A DNA stretch of 64,000 nucleotides from a virus, in the IMG/VR virus record IMGVR_UViG_3300027963_004416, positions 32,001 through 96,000 of that record. The stretch is one strand, 5' to 3'. A program made the translations under genes and the position numbers. The notes beneath the pieces are model-generated. The model saw only the letters and a list, made by a program, of their open reading frames with translations. It was not told the DNA's origin and did not search any database. Of this stretch, positions 15,755 to 25,283 are shown one piece after another (position 1 is the first letter of the stretch; every line of letters begins with the position of its first letter).

Positions 15755-16474
15755 ATGTCGGCTAAATCAGATCAGTACGAAAAAGACGTAGCATCATATA
15801 TTAATAGCATCCCTGGGATTAAGGCTACTCGGCCACCTGGGGATACTGGCTATTCTGATGTCTTGATCTACTACAAGAACAAAAAAGAATGGCTAGAAGT
15901 CAAGATGAATCACACCGACAATCTAGCAAACCCGCGCATGTTCTATTCTGATGGTAGATGGAAAGCATCTTATAGTACACCATCAGCGACAGCAGCCGTT
16001 AATATCTTAAATTCTTCATCACAAACTAAAAAGTTTGTTGAAGACTTGGCTATGTTTGCAAAAATACCTCTTAAAGAAATAAAAATTCCAACTACAAAAG
16101 GTGGTCTGAAAGAACCCGGTGCGGTGCCTCTCAGCGTAATGAAAGCATACTTTGATCAGCCAGGCAAGAATCGGTACATTGCTAGTAAAGAAAGCAATCT
16201 AGGATCTGTAGTTATTAATCACTACACCAAAGGTAAAAAAAGTCCTGCATACTATATGCAGGCCGGTGATGATTTTTTTCTTATCTCTAATGCCGATCCT
16301 TTGGGAATTGGTCAAGGAGTTCCGCAGCTGAAAGGCACGGGTGAATTTAAAGTTCGCGTGTCGACTCGTTCAGAATTCTATGAAGTACAGGCTGAAATTA
16401 AGATCATAAATATGGGTACTAGTAAATACTCACTCAAGCCCGGTACAAAAAAATTGAACCCGTTTCTAAGATGA
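15755..16474 (+). CDS. PD-(D/E)xK nuclease-fold protein
   Basis: QYEKDV...YSDV...WLEVK; preceded by a TCTAAATA late-promoter-like site near 15720. Confidence 0.55.
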   Translation: MSAKSDQYEKDVASYINSIPGIKATRPPGDTGYSDVLIYYKNKKEWLEVKMNHTDNLANPRMFYSDGRWKASYSTPSATAAVNILNSSSQTKKFVEDLAMFAKIPLKEIKIPTTKGGLKEPGAVPLSVMKAYFDQPGKNRYIASKESNLGSVVINHYTKGKKSPAYYMQAGDDFFLISNADPLGIGQGVPQLKGTGEFKVRVSTRSEFYEVQAEIKIINMGTSKYSLKPGTKKLNPFLR

Positions 16475-17664
16475 TCACATTTAAAAATTTCCTTACCGAA
16501 GCCGTTTCGGATGAATCGAAGCTAACTCACCTTGAGCATGCTGAAGATCATGTTATAAATGCCGGGAAAAAGGCTTCGGCGCATGCCTATCATAATCTTA
16601 CTGACGTGCATGATAAGCTTAAAGGCAAGCACAACAGCACAACAGTTACTACTAAGTATGACGGTTCACCTTCTATTGTGTTTGGACATCACCCTGAAAC
16701 GGGTAAGTTCTTTGTTGGTTCAAAATCAGTTTTTAATAAGTCACCAAAAATTAACTACTCAAATGAAGACATCGATAAGAACCATGGTCATGCACCGGGG
16801 CTTGCCGAGAAGTTAAAAACTGCATTGAAGCACCTTCCTAAAGTGACGCCTAAGCATGGCGTCTTTCAAGGGGATGTGATGCATTCTGGCGTCAAGTCAA
16901 AATCTACCCCTCACGGTGATGTTGAAGAACATGGCGGCAAGTTTCACTTCAAGCCAAATACAATCTCTTATTCTACAAAGACCGGATCAGAAGAAGGTAG
17001 GAAGATTGCTAAGTCAAAGTTTGGTGTTGCGGTTCATACTGCATATCATGGTTCAGACTTAGAGAACATGAAAGCACATTATAACGCTGATACATCTCAC
17101 TTTAAAGAGCATCCCGATGTTCATGTGATATCAACACATCACGACTTTAGTAAATCACATTATCCAAAAGAAGAGCAAGATAAGTTCGAGCATCATATTA
17201 AAGCTGCTGTAAAAGCTTTTCACGACTCACCAAAAGATTTTCACAAAGCTATTGAACCACACACAGAGCATTTAAAGACTTATATTAATAAGACTGTACG
17301 GGAAGGCACTAAACCTACAGTCGCCGGCTATAAGCAGCATCTAAAAGATCATTTTACTAAAGAGATTGGTAAAGTCAAAACATCAGCTGCTATAGAGAAG
17401 AAGAAAGGTGTTATGGATCAACACCTTGCTCACGTAGATAAGCACCCGGGACATTTTCAAAGCACACTTAACATGCATAAGCATTCAGCCGCTGCTAAGG
17501 ATGTTCTTGTTCACGCTATGTCAAAAGATCCTAAGTTTGAACATCACATTGGTGGTCAAGCTGCTAAGCCAGAAGGCTTTGTATCCGTTAGAGGTAACCG
17601 ACCAACTAAATTAGTAGATAGAAGCGAGTTCAGTAGAGCTAACTTCCTTGCAAGGGAAAGATAA
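16471..17664 (+). CDS. His-rich polynucleotide (RNA) ligase-like protein with capsid-targeting N-terminus
   Basis: MITFKNFLTEA; KYDG (motif I), FQGD, PEGFV (motif IV), TKLV (motif V). Confidence 0.6.
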   Translation: MITFKNFLTEAVSDESKLTHLEHAEDHVINAGKKASAHAYHNLTDVHDKLKGKHNSTTVTTKYDGSPSIVFGHHPETGKFFVGSKSVFNKSPKINYSNEDIDKNHGHAPGLAEKLKTALKHLPKVTPKHGVFQGDVMHSGVKSKSTPHGDVEEHGGKFHFKPNTISYSTKTGSEEGRKIAKSKFGVAVHTAYHGSDLENMKAHYNADTSHFKEHPDVHVISTHHDFSKSHYPKEEQDKFEHHIKAAVKAFHDSPKDFHKAIEPHTEHLKTYINKTVREGTKPTVAGYKQHLKDHFTKEIGKVKTSAAIEKKKGVMDQHLAHVDKHPGHFQSTLNMHKHSAAAKDVLVHAMSKDPKFEHHIGGQAAKPEGFVSVRGNRPTKLVDRSEFSRANFLARER

Positions 17665-17691
17665 TGGCGCCTGGCTTGAGCAACTATAAGG

Positions 17692-17699
17692 TATAAATA
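17692..17699 (+). promoter_or_regulatory. T4-type late promoter TATAAATA
   Basis: Exact consensus. Confidence 0.8.
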
Positions 17700-17742
17700 C
17701 CTTTACGGATAAGTCTACGGAAAACTCCGATAAGGATAAAAT

Positions 17743-19470
17743 ATGGCATTAGATGATCAAGTTACGTCATTCCCTAACAAGGGAAAGAAGGTAAAGGTAC
17801 CTTCTACAAAAAAAGACAAGATAGTAGTCAACCCAAAAGTGGTTGACACTAACATTAATGAAGAGAAAGACTCTACAGCTGTCATGGCCTTTGGTAGGTT
17901 TAATCCACCTACAGTTGGTCATGAGAAGCTAATTCATAAAGTCGCACAAATTGCTAAAGAGCATGGCGGTACAGCTCATGTCATAGCAAGTCATAGCGAA
18001 AACAAACCAAAAGATCCTCTACCTCAAGATAAGAAGATTCAACATCTCAAGAAGGTAGCTCCCTCCTCAGTTCATGTCAGCGGCTCTTCTAAAGAAGCAC
18101 CGTCGTTCCTGCATGCCGCTAAGAAACTTCACGAAGCCGGTCATAAGCATCTAGTCATGGTTGCAGGTAGTGATAGAGTTAATGAATATAAAGAAAGACT
18201 CAATCACTACAATGGTAAGGAAGGTCACTATAACTTTAAATCTATTAAAGTAGTTTCATCTGGTGAGAGAGACCCGGACGCTGAAGGTGTTGAAGGTATG
18301 TCAGGTACCAAGATGAGAGCTCATGCAAGAGCTGGTGAAATGGATAAATTTAAATCTGGGCTTCCTAAAGCACTACACTCACACGCTAATGAAATAGCAA
18401 ACCATATTAGATCTGTTAAAGAAGAATTAGATCTTAATGAATCGTTTAAGGCAAGATTTTCTTCAAATATTACATTTGAACACTTTAATAAAATCTATGA
18501 TTTTGTAGAAGACTACAAGCCTTCCAATCAAGGTGTTAATTCACTCTTTAAAAAATCTTCTGAATATAACATTCCTCTTAAGACAATAGTTGAGGTCTAT
18601 CAAAGAGGAGTAGAAGACTGGGTTAAATCTATGCCTGAAGATAAAACAGCGCAGCAATGGGCATTTGCTAGAGTTAATTCCTTTATTAATGGTGGAAAGG
18701 CTCTTGAAGAGGATACTGACTTATTTGAAAGTCTAAAGGATGCTTCTGACAATCCATGCTGGAAAGGATACAAGCCGGTAGGTACTAAGAAGAAAAACGG
18801 AAAAGAAGTTCCTAATTGCGTGCCTGAGGAGAGAAATATGGATCTTAATCGAGAATTTAGTCGGGCCTTTCAACTGCAAGAAGGACAAGCAGACTCTAAG
18901 CCCAGACCAGGTGCTTATGAAGTAGCTATTCATCATGGCCAGACAGATGAAAAACTAAGACACTACAAGATTAAGCATGCAGAATCAGTTTTCCATGCAC
19001 AAAATATTGCTGGCAAGATAGCTAAAAAAGATCCAGAATTAAAGTGGTATAAGGTTAAGGTTGTAAGTAAGCCTGACCTCAAAGAAGACGTAGAACAGAT
19101 TGATGAGATATCAACTAGTACTAGAATGAGATATGTTGCTAAAGCGGCTACATCAACTCACGAACCAAAAGATAATGAGTCTCAATCTCAGTATCTAGAA
19201 AGACTCCATAAGAGAATGAGTGGAATTAAGAAGGCTCTATCTAAGGTATCTCCAGCTTCTAGATTTCAGAAAGAAGCCGTACAAATACCCGACAATACAG
19301 TGAGACATCTTAAGAAGGTTACTAAGCAGCTGGATAAATCAGTTAAAACGCATCACCAGCAAAGCGTACTGCTTAAAAAACTTGTTAATGCAGACACACC
19401 GGATATAAAAGAGAACAGAAACTGTGGTTGTGGTCAAACTCCGTGCAAGACCTACGGGGCTGTAAAATGA
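17743..19470 (+). CDS. Cytidylyltransferase-like (HIGH) nucleotidyltransferase fused to multiple small domains
   Basis: FGRFNPPTVGHEKL, VAGSDR, GMSGTKMR; repeated (I/L/V)xE sites; CWKGY..VPNCV module. Confidence 0.8.
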   Translation: MALDDQVTSFPNKGKKVKVPSTKKDKIVVNPKVVDTNINEEKDSTAVMAFGRFNPPTVGHEKLIHKVAQIAKEHGGTAHVIASHSENKPKDPLPQDKKIQHLKKVAPSSVHVSGSSKEAPSFLHAAKKLHEAGHKHLVMVAGSDRVNEYKERLNHYNGKEGHYNFKSIKVVSSGERDPDAEGVEGMSGTKMRAHARAGEMDKFKSGLPKALHSHANEIANHIRSVKEELDLNESFKARFSSNITFEHFNKIYDFVEDYKPSNQGVNSLFKKSSEYNIPLKTIVEVYQRGVEDWVKSMPEDKTAQQWAFARVNSFINGGKALEEDTDLFESLKDASDNPCWKGYKPVGTKKKNGKEVPNCVPEERNMDLNREFSRAFQLQEGQADSKPRPGAYEVAIHHGQTDEKLRHYKIKHAESVFHAQNIAGKIAKKDPELKWYKVKVVSKPDLKEDVEQIDEISTSTRMRYVAKAATSTHEPKDNESQSQYLERLHKRMSGIKKALSKVSPASRFQKEAVQIPDNTVRHLKKVTKQLDKSVKTHHQQSVLLKKLVNADTPDIKENRNCGCGQTPCKTYGAVK

Positions 19471-19658
19471 TCTCCTTTAAACTTTTCTCAGAAAACTTTA
19501 TGAACGGTAAGAATCCAGAAGATAAAGGTGACATGGCTAGGCATGGTCTTAAAGGAAAGTCGATTACTCAGCTAAAGAAAATTCGCTCATCAAATTCTGC
19601 ATCACCAAGAACAAAACAGCTTGCTCACTGGTATATTAATATGCATAAGAAAGACTAA
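19467..19658 (+). CDS. Small putative internal protein
   Basis: MISFKLFSEN capsid-targeting-like start. Confidence 0.7.
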   Translation: MISFKLFSENFMNGKNPEDKGDMARHGLKGKSITQLKKIRSSNSASPRTKQLAHWYINMHKKD

Positions 19659-19659
19659 C

Positions 19660-19953
19660 ATGCTAACTTTTAAAGAATTTATTTTAGAGTCTGCGGCTTG
19701 GCAAAGAAAAGAAGGTAAGAGCCCTACCGGTGGTCTTAATCAAAAAGGTATTGCAAGTTACAGAAGAGAGAATCCAGGTAGTAAGCTTTCTATGGCAGTA
19801 ACTACAAAGCCTTCTAAGCTTAAAAAAGGTAGTAAAGCTTATAACAGACGCAAGTCGTTTTGTGCTAGAATGGGTGGAGCAAGAGGTCCTATGAAGGATG
19901 AAAAAGGTCACCCGACGCGCAAGGCTCTTGCATTAAGAAAGTGGAATTGCTAA
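19660..19953 (+). CDS. Basic putative internal protein (AWQRKEGK..GGLN..RRKSFCARM)
   Basis: MLTFKEFILES start. Confidence 0.8.
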   Translation: MLTFKEFILESAAWQRKEGKSPTGGLNQKGIASYRRENPGSKLSMAVTTKPSKLKKGSKAYNRRKSFCARMGGARGPMKDEKGHPTRKALALRKWNC

Positions 19954-20378
19954 TGAAAACATTTTTACAGCACCTAATTGAGAAAGAAACAAGCTGCCCT
20001 GCTGCCACTTTTGATCTTTCGCTTAATTTAGAAAATAGACAGCGAGCTATTGATGAGTACGGGTATGGACCTTTAAACCCTATGGAGCCATCGAATGAGT
20101 TTTGGAGTGCTAAAGCAAAGATGTGGAAGGTCGCTCCTGAATATGCAAAAACAGCTAGATGTGGCAATTGCGCTGCATTTAATATAACAGACAAGATGCG
20201 TGAGTGTATAGTAAATGGTCGTGCTGATAAAGACGATGCTGGAGAAGTAGATAATTTTGAATCTACAGTAGATAAAGCTGATCTAGGGTATTGTAATATA
20301 CTTCATTTTAAGTGCGCCGGTACAAGAACATGCGATGCATGGCTTACCAACGGGCCGTTAGATAACAAGGATGTATGA
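19953..20378 (+). CDS. Cys-rich putative internal protein
   Basis: MKTFLQHLIE start; CGNC and GYC...FKC...TCDAW. Confidence 0.75.
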   Translation: MKTFLQHLIEKETSCPAATFDLSLNLENRQRAIDEYGYGPLNPMEPSNEFWSAKAKMWKVAPEYAKTARCGNCAAFNITDKMRECIVNGRADKDDAGEVDNFESTVDKADLGYCNILHFKCAGTRTCDAWLTNGPLDNKDV

Positions 20379-20827
20379 TGGATGAATTAGTTAATCAAAT
20401 GAACAAGCTTTTAGCTGATGCGTTTACGCTCTATCTTAAGGCTCATTACTATCACTGGAACGTTGAGGGTAGCAACTTTCCTCAATATCATGAGTTCCTT
20501 GGTGAGCTCTATGAAGAGATTTTTGGATCGGTTGATAATATAGCAGAACACATCAGAGCATTGAATGCCTATGCTCCTGGCACCCTTACTAGATTTAAAG
20601 AGTTAACAAGCATCACTGAAACTATATCGGTCCCTTCGGCAGAAGCTATGTTTCTGGACTTGTTTAATCAGAATAAGCAATACCTGGGTATGCTAATGAC
20701 CGTGTATGTTCTTGCAGACAGATTCAATGAATTAGGCTTAGCTAATTTCTTACAGGATAGAATGGCAGCTCATAAGAAACATGAATGGATGCTTCGCTCT
20801 ATTCTTAAAAAGGCAGAAAATGAATAA
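20375..20827 (+). CDS. dps: Dps family ferritin-like DNA-protection protein
   Basis: LKAHYYHWNVEG..F..YHEFLGELYE...DNIAEHIRAL. Confidence 0.92.
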   Translation: MMDELVNQMNKLLADAFTLYLKAHYYHWNVEGSNFPQYHEFLGELYEEIFGSVDNIAEHIRALNAYAPGTLTRFKELTSITETISVPSAEAMFLDLFNQNKQYLGMLMTVYVLADRFNELGLANFLQDRMAAHKKHEWMLRSILKKAENE

Positions 20828-21449
20828 GTATAAATCACTGATATCAGTGTATAGAGACTCTCAAAAAGGTCTTATTGAGACTAGTTCAAGGGCATCGCTT
20901 GTAAATTCTATTAAGAGAGTAATCTTAGGTGAGCAGCCGCATTATATAGAAAAGCATGTTAAGGATCAAATAGTAGCTGGTACATACCATACCAAAAACT
21001 TCGAGCAAGCACCTAAAGCGCAGATTCTCTACACCAAGCTACCTAAAGACACTCCCCCAGATGTTGCGGAAAAAGCTGCCATATTTCAAGATCAACTATT
21101 TGCTATAGAAAAACAAGTTCTTGCTACTAGCAGAGCCACTCCTGAAGATGTTGAGAGTGCACGCGTACTGGTAGATAAAATTATGCACATGGCAAGTATG
21201 ATGAACCTTAAAGATGAGCATTCATATGTTAATGATAGCTTTGCAAAGATACAAAAATACGCTTCTCAAGATTCAAATGTCGTTGATCAAAACAAGTTAG
21301 ATCTTAACAAAGAGGTCGAGCGTAGATTCGGTGTACCTCCCTATGAAGAAACACCTGAAAGACGTGATATGGACATCGACAATTCTAAGTTTTTGCTAAG
21401 TAGAAATTTAAAAGCTCAACGCAAGTTAAAAATTATTGATAACGACTAG
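20820..21449 (+). CDS. Hypothetical late protein
   Basis: Long ORF overlapping dps. Confidence 0.7.
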   Translation: MNKYKSLISVYRDSQKGLIETSSRASLVNSIKRVILGEQPHYIEKHVKDQIVAGTYHTKNFEQAPKAQILYTKLPKDTPPDVAEKAAIFQDQLFAIEKQVLATSRATPEDVESARVLVDKIMHMASMMNLKDEHSYVNDSFAKIQKYASQDSNVVDQNKLDLNKEVERRFGVPPYEETPERRDMDIDNSKFLLSRNLKAQRKLKIIDND

Positions 21450-21458
21450 GAGACAGAA

Positions 21459-22694
21459 ATGTTATTTAAAGGCCCAAAATCATTGTTAGACTCGATTACA
21501 AATGTAATCAAAGAAGAAAGAGTTCAGTACGCTAAAGAGCAAGCTGAAATGGATAAGCTTGTAGCAGAAAAAATGCTTTCACCAAAGCAAAAGAAGATTG
21601 CTAAGGTCGCCGGAGATCCAGATAAGATGGATGCTGCTGATTTTGCTGCTCTTCGTTCAGGTAAGAAGATGAATAGTGAAGGCTATAATGCCAAGAGAGA
21701 GCATGAGCTAAACATGGATGCAGCTCAAAGACATATGGATCGCAGAGCAGCTGAAGGCGAAGACATGACTGGTGCTAAAATTCATCCTAAGACATATGAA
21801 ATTATTATGCCTAAGAGTAATACTAAGAAAATGGCCAAAGAAGAAGTAGAGCAAGTTCAGGAAGGAGACCCTTCGTACTACAAAGGAAAGAGCACCACTG
21901 GTAATGCTTTACCACCTCCAGGTTCTTTTGCAGACAGAAAGCGAACTGGCAATACTTTTTTGAAGGGATTTAAGTCCAATCCGCAGCCAATCAAGCCCTA
22001 CGTAGCCCCTAAAAGCAAAAATGAAGAAATTGAGCATCTGGACGAACTCTCCGTAGATTTACTTAAAAGAGCTCGTGATAAAGCAGAAAGAATTTCTGGC
22101 GATTCACTTGGTAAAAATCCAATAAAGATGAAAGCATATCAGCGCCAAGCAGACACATTTACTGATGCACTTCACAAGAAATATAAGGCACAATTGTCAT
22201 CTGGTAAAAGAAAGTATGTTGAAGAATACGAACATATTGATGAAACTTTAGGTGCAACTTCAAGTAAATATGGTCCTGGCTTAGATGTTCCTAGCTTAGG
22301 AAAAGAAGAATTGAAAAAAAAATACTTGGATGCCGATACTCGCACTAGATATACTTTAGGTAAAGCTCCTGAAAATCATACTGATGCATTAAAAGGATTA
22401 GCAAAAATAAACAAACGCGGTGAAATAGCTAACAAAGTTCGTCAGAGTCTTAAAAATGAAGCTACTGATACTCCTGGAAACGGTCGCGAGCATCAATGCG
22501 CTATTCATGTTAAGAATGAGCAATTCGGTGAAGGTAAGACTCTTACAACACAACATGCTGAGCCTGATGAGAACGGGGATATTGCTTGGTATGATGTCAT
22601 GTTCGATCATGGTATTGAGCGCGTAATGACTGAAGATCTTGATATTTTAGTTTCAGAAGCTCATGTTCACAATAAGCCAAAGAAGGGAATGTAA
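21459..22694 (+). CDS. Modular putative prohead-core/internal protein
   Basis: Repeated EEVEQVQE, EEIEHLDELS and HIDE motifs typical of gp21-processed proteins. Confidence 0.65.
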   Translation: MLFKGPKSLLDSITNVIKEERVQYAKEQAEMDKLVAEKMLSPKQKKIAKVAGDPDKMDAADFAALRSGKKMNSEGYNAKREHELNMDAAQRHMDRRAAEGEDMTGAKIHPKTYEIIMPKSNTKKMAKEEVEQVQEGDPSYYKGKSTTGNALPPPGSFADRKRTGNTFLKGFKSNPQPIKPYVAPKSKNEEIEHLDELSVDLLKRARDKAERISGDSLGKNPIKMKAYQRQADTFTDALHKKYKAQLSSGKRKYVEEYEHIDETLGATSSKYGPGLDVPSLGKEELKKKYLDADTRTRYTLGKAPENHTDALKGLAKINKRGEIANKVRQSLKNEATDTPGNGREHQCAIHVKNEQFGEGKTLTTQHAEPDENGDIAWYDVMFDHGIERVMTEDLDILVSEAHVHNKPKKGM

Positions 22695-22696
22695 TT

Positions 22697-23248
22697 ATGG
22701 ATAAGCCACCATTCGAACCTGATAATAATCCTAAAAAGATAGCTGTTGCTGGTAAAAAAGGCTATGGAGCATCGGCAGCAGCCCACTTAGCTAAACAAGG
22801 TATGCAGAGTGTGATGAAGAAAAAAGAAGAAAAGAATATGAAAGAAGAAAGACAACTCCTTACCTTAAGACAGATTTTAGAGGGCCGCGGCCGTCCCCGC
22901 AAGAACCCAGATGATCCTAAATGGCAAAAGAAACCAGCTGCTGCGGCCAAAGGTAACGATGATCATGATGAAGAAGATCATGGACCGGCTAGGCCAGATA
23001 GCCCTCACCTTAATACTGAGCCGGATAAGCATATTTCAGTACAGCTAAAAGTAGCTCATGATATGAAAGATGAAAAAGGTGGATCTGATGTTAAATTTGC
23101 AAATGGCAAAACACACTTCGTCAAGCACGATGTAGCTGGTAAAGTACTACACGCTCTTGATAAGCTTAAGCCCGCCGACAGAGCAAAAGTACATGATCAT
23201 ATGGCACAGTCTCATGAAAATCTAATGGCGGTCCATAAGGTGCTCTAA
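22697..23248 (+). CDS. Late protein with AT-hook
   Basis: GRGRPRK motif. Confidence 0.65.
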   Translation: MDKPPFEPDNNPKKIAVAGKKGYGASAAAHLAKQGMQSVMKKKEEKNMKEERQLLTLRQILEGRGRPRKNPDDPKWQKKPAAAAKGNDDHDEEDHGPARPDSPHLNTEPDKHISVQLKVAHDMKDEKGGSDVKFANGKTHFVKHDVAGKVLHALDKLKPADRAKVHDHMAQSHENLMAVHKVL

Positions 23249-23619
23249 TGCCATTAATAGTAGGCGGTCAAAAAACACAACCTGAAAAACCAAAGGCACC
23301 CATAGAAAAGTCTATAAGTTTTTCTGAACTTAGAGCTTCTTTAAAACCTAGAGAAGAAGTGCAAGAAACTATAGAAGTGCAAAAAACACAACCTGAAAAA
23401 CCAAAGGCACCCATAGAAAAGTCTATAAGTTTTTCTGAACTTAGAGCTTCTTTAAAACCTAGAGAAGAAGTGCAAGAAACTATAGAAGTGCAAGAAACTA
23501 TAATAGAAGCAGTAAAAGAAACTGAGCTTTTACCACCGCCGCATGCTACAATTAAAGAGCAGATAGAAAAGAACAAGCATTCAGATTTTCTACTTGACAT
23601 GTTTACTTTAGACGAATAA
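23248..23619 (+). CDS. Hypothetical protein with internal 37-aa duplication
   Basis: TAATG-coupled ORF. Confidence 0.65.
   Translation: MPLIVGGQKTQPEKPKAPIEKSISFSELRASLKPREEVQETIEVQKTQPEKPKAPIEKSISFSELRASLKPREEVQETIEVQETIIEAVKETELLPPPHATIKEQIEKNKHSDFLLDMFTLDE
23269..23490 (+). repeat. Perfect 111-bp tandem duplication
   Basis: 23269-23379 equals 23380-23490. Confidence 0.95.
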
Positions 23620-23651
23620 TAAATAACTAAGTTAAAACAAGGAGAAGTAAA

Positions 23652-24491
23652 ATGGGTACACAATGGGGTAAATCAGACGCTGCTTCTAACAGCGTTATTT
23701 GGGCGCCAACAAGCGTTAAGCTTTCGCCCAATACAACAAATAGAAATAACCTATATTCTAATGTAACTCCAGATGCTTTCATTACAGGTGTTACTGAAGG
23801 TATGTTTGCTGTAGATGCAACCGAATCAGCAGTTGGATCAGGCAATGTTGCTCAGATTACTGTAACATTTGCTGGATCTGGATACACTGGAAACGCTACA
23901 GTATCATTCTCAGGTGGTGGTGGCTCATCTGCCTCCGCTAACGCATTTGCTAATCTATCAATCGGAAAGATTACGACAGTTAATATTACAGCAGCTGGTT
24001 CAAGCTACGAAACAAATCCAACCGTTGCAATATCAGCTCCAACAGCTATAACATTTAATGCGCTATCAGCTGTTTCAAACACCAATGATACCATTGCACT
24101 TACGACTGCTAATAGCAAATTTGTTGTTGGAGATAGACTTACATACACAGTAGCAGCTGGTAATACGGCTGTTGGTGGGCTAACAACAGGTACACAGTAT
24201 TACGTTGTTGCAGCTAATACAACAACTATTAAGCTCTCGAGCACCGCATCCGGTAGCGCAATCGATCTAACAGCTGGCGTTACTGAGACAGGTCATAGTC
24301 TCACAGGCGAAACTGCTACTGCTACTGCTGTGGTCGGTGGAGCTCAAAACAAGGGTGTTCAGCATGCCGGTTGGGTTCTACGTACAGTAGGAACTGGTGG
24401 TCGCGCAGGCCGTGTTCAATACGAAACCTTGGTTGCTATGGGATCGATAGCTACTGATAGTTCTGATGATTCAATACTACCTGACGCATAA
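23652..24491 (+). CDS. Virion structural protein
   Basis: T/G/A-rich beta-strand composition; HAGWVLRT..GGRAGRVQYETLVAM C-terminus; AATAAATA upstream. Confidence 0.75.
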   Translation: MGTQWGKSDAASNSVIWAPTSVKLSPNTTNRNNLYSNVTPDAFITGVTEGMFAVDATESAVGSGNVAQITVTFAGSGYTGNATVSFSGGGGSSASANAFANLSIGKITTVNITAAGSSYETNPTVAISAPTAITFNALSAVSNTNDTIALTTANSKFVVGDRLTYTVAAGNTAVGGLTTGTQYYVVAANTTTIKLSSTASGSAIDLTAGVTETGHSLTGETATATAVVGGAQNKGVQHAGWVLRTVGTGGRAGRVQYETLVAMGSIATDSSDDSILPDA

Positions 24492-24886
24492 TGACTGATA
24501 GAGCTAAAAAAGTATCAGAGCTCACTGCTCTTACTAATGCCACCGCGGATGATCTACTATTAATTATAGATGATCCCGGTGGTACTCCTGAGTCAAAGAA
24601 GATAACCATTGCTAATTTCTTTGGCAATGTTTCTACTAATGCAGTTTTTAAGAATACTTTAACTGTTAACGGTTCAATTACGTTAGCAGGTAATACAACA
24701 ATTAACAAGCCAGTTACGCTTTCTAATACTGCTACTGTAACAGGTAAATTAGTATTATCTGTAGCAGCTCCAACCTCTAATACAGACACAGGTACAGCCG
24801 GTGAGATAAGAATAGATTCTAACTCTCTGTATGTTTGTATTAATACTAACTCATGGAAGAAAGTAGACTTAACTGACTTTACTTAG
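24491..24886 (+). CDS. Putative structural/fibre-like protein
   Basis: KKVSELTAL N-terminus; GEIRIDSNSLYVC..NSWKK C-terminus. Confidence 0.65.
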   Translation: MTDRAKKVSELTALTNATADDLLLIIDDPGGTPESKKITIANFFGNVSTNAVFKNTLTVNGSITLAGNTTINKPVTLSNTATVTGKLVLSVAAPTSNTDTGTAGEIRIDSNSLYVCINTNSWKKVDLTDFT

Positions 24887-24887
24887 T

Positions 24888-25283
24888 ATGCATATTGAAA
24901 AATTAGATGAGTCCAACTTTTTATTATACGCTGCAAAACATTACGATAACCCGTCATGTTTTGACACTATAGAATTTTATGAAGATCTTAATAGGTTCAA
25001 GTATATAAAAAGACTCTTTAGTAGATACGAAGAAACAGGCGAGCTTAAAGAAAGACTGATTTTAAATCATATAATTATACTTTATAATTTATTTGGTACC
25101 GTTGCTGCTACTAGAATGCTATTCTTAAAGTTAAAAGGCCATTATCATCTATTAAAGCCGTTTTTAGTCTTTTTAGAGTACTGCCCTGATAAAGTAGATA
25201 GAATAGGAATAGAAGGAACTAATGTTATTACATCTGATATTGTTATGGATGAAAGTGTAGTCTACGCTCTAAGGAAAATTTAA
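24888..25283 (+). CDS. Conserved T4-like hypothetical protein
   Basis: EFYEDLNRFKYIKRL...ERLILNHIIILYN. Confidence 0.8.
   Translation: MHIEKLDESNFLLYAAKHYDNPSCFDTIEFYEDLNRFKYIKRLFSRYEETGELKERLILNHIIILYNLFGTVAATRMLFLKLKGHYHLLKPFLVFLEYCPDKVDRIGIEGTNVITSDIVMDESVVYALRKI

Noticed and set aside
17707-17728. Short GGA...TCC hairpin between the late promoter and the nucleotidyltransferase RBS as a riboswitch
   Set aside because: Only a 3-bp stem and no recognisable aptamer; cannot be supported without covariation data
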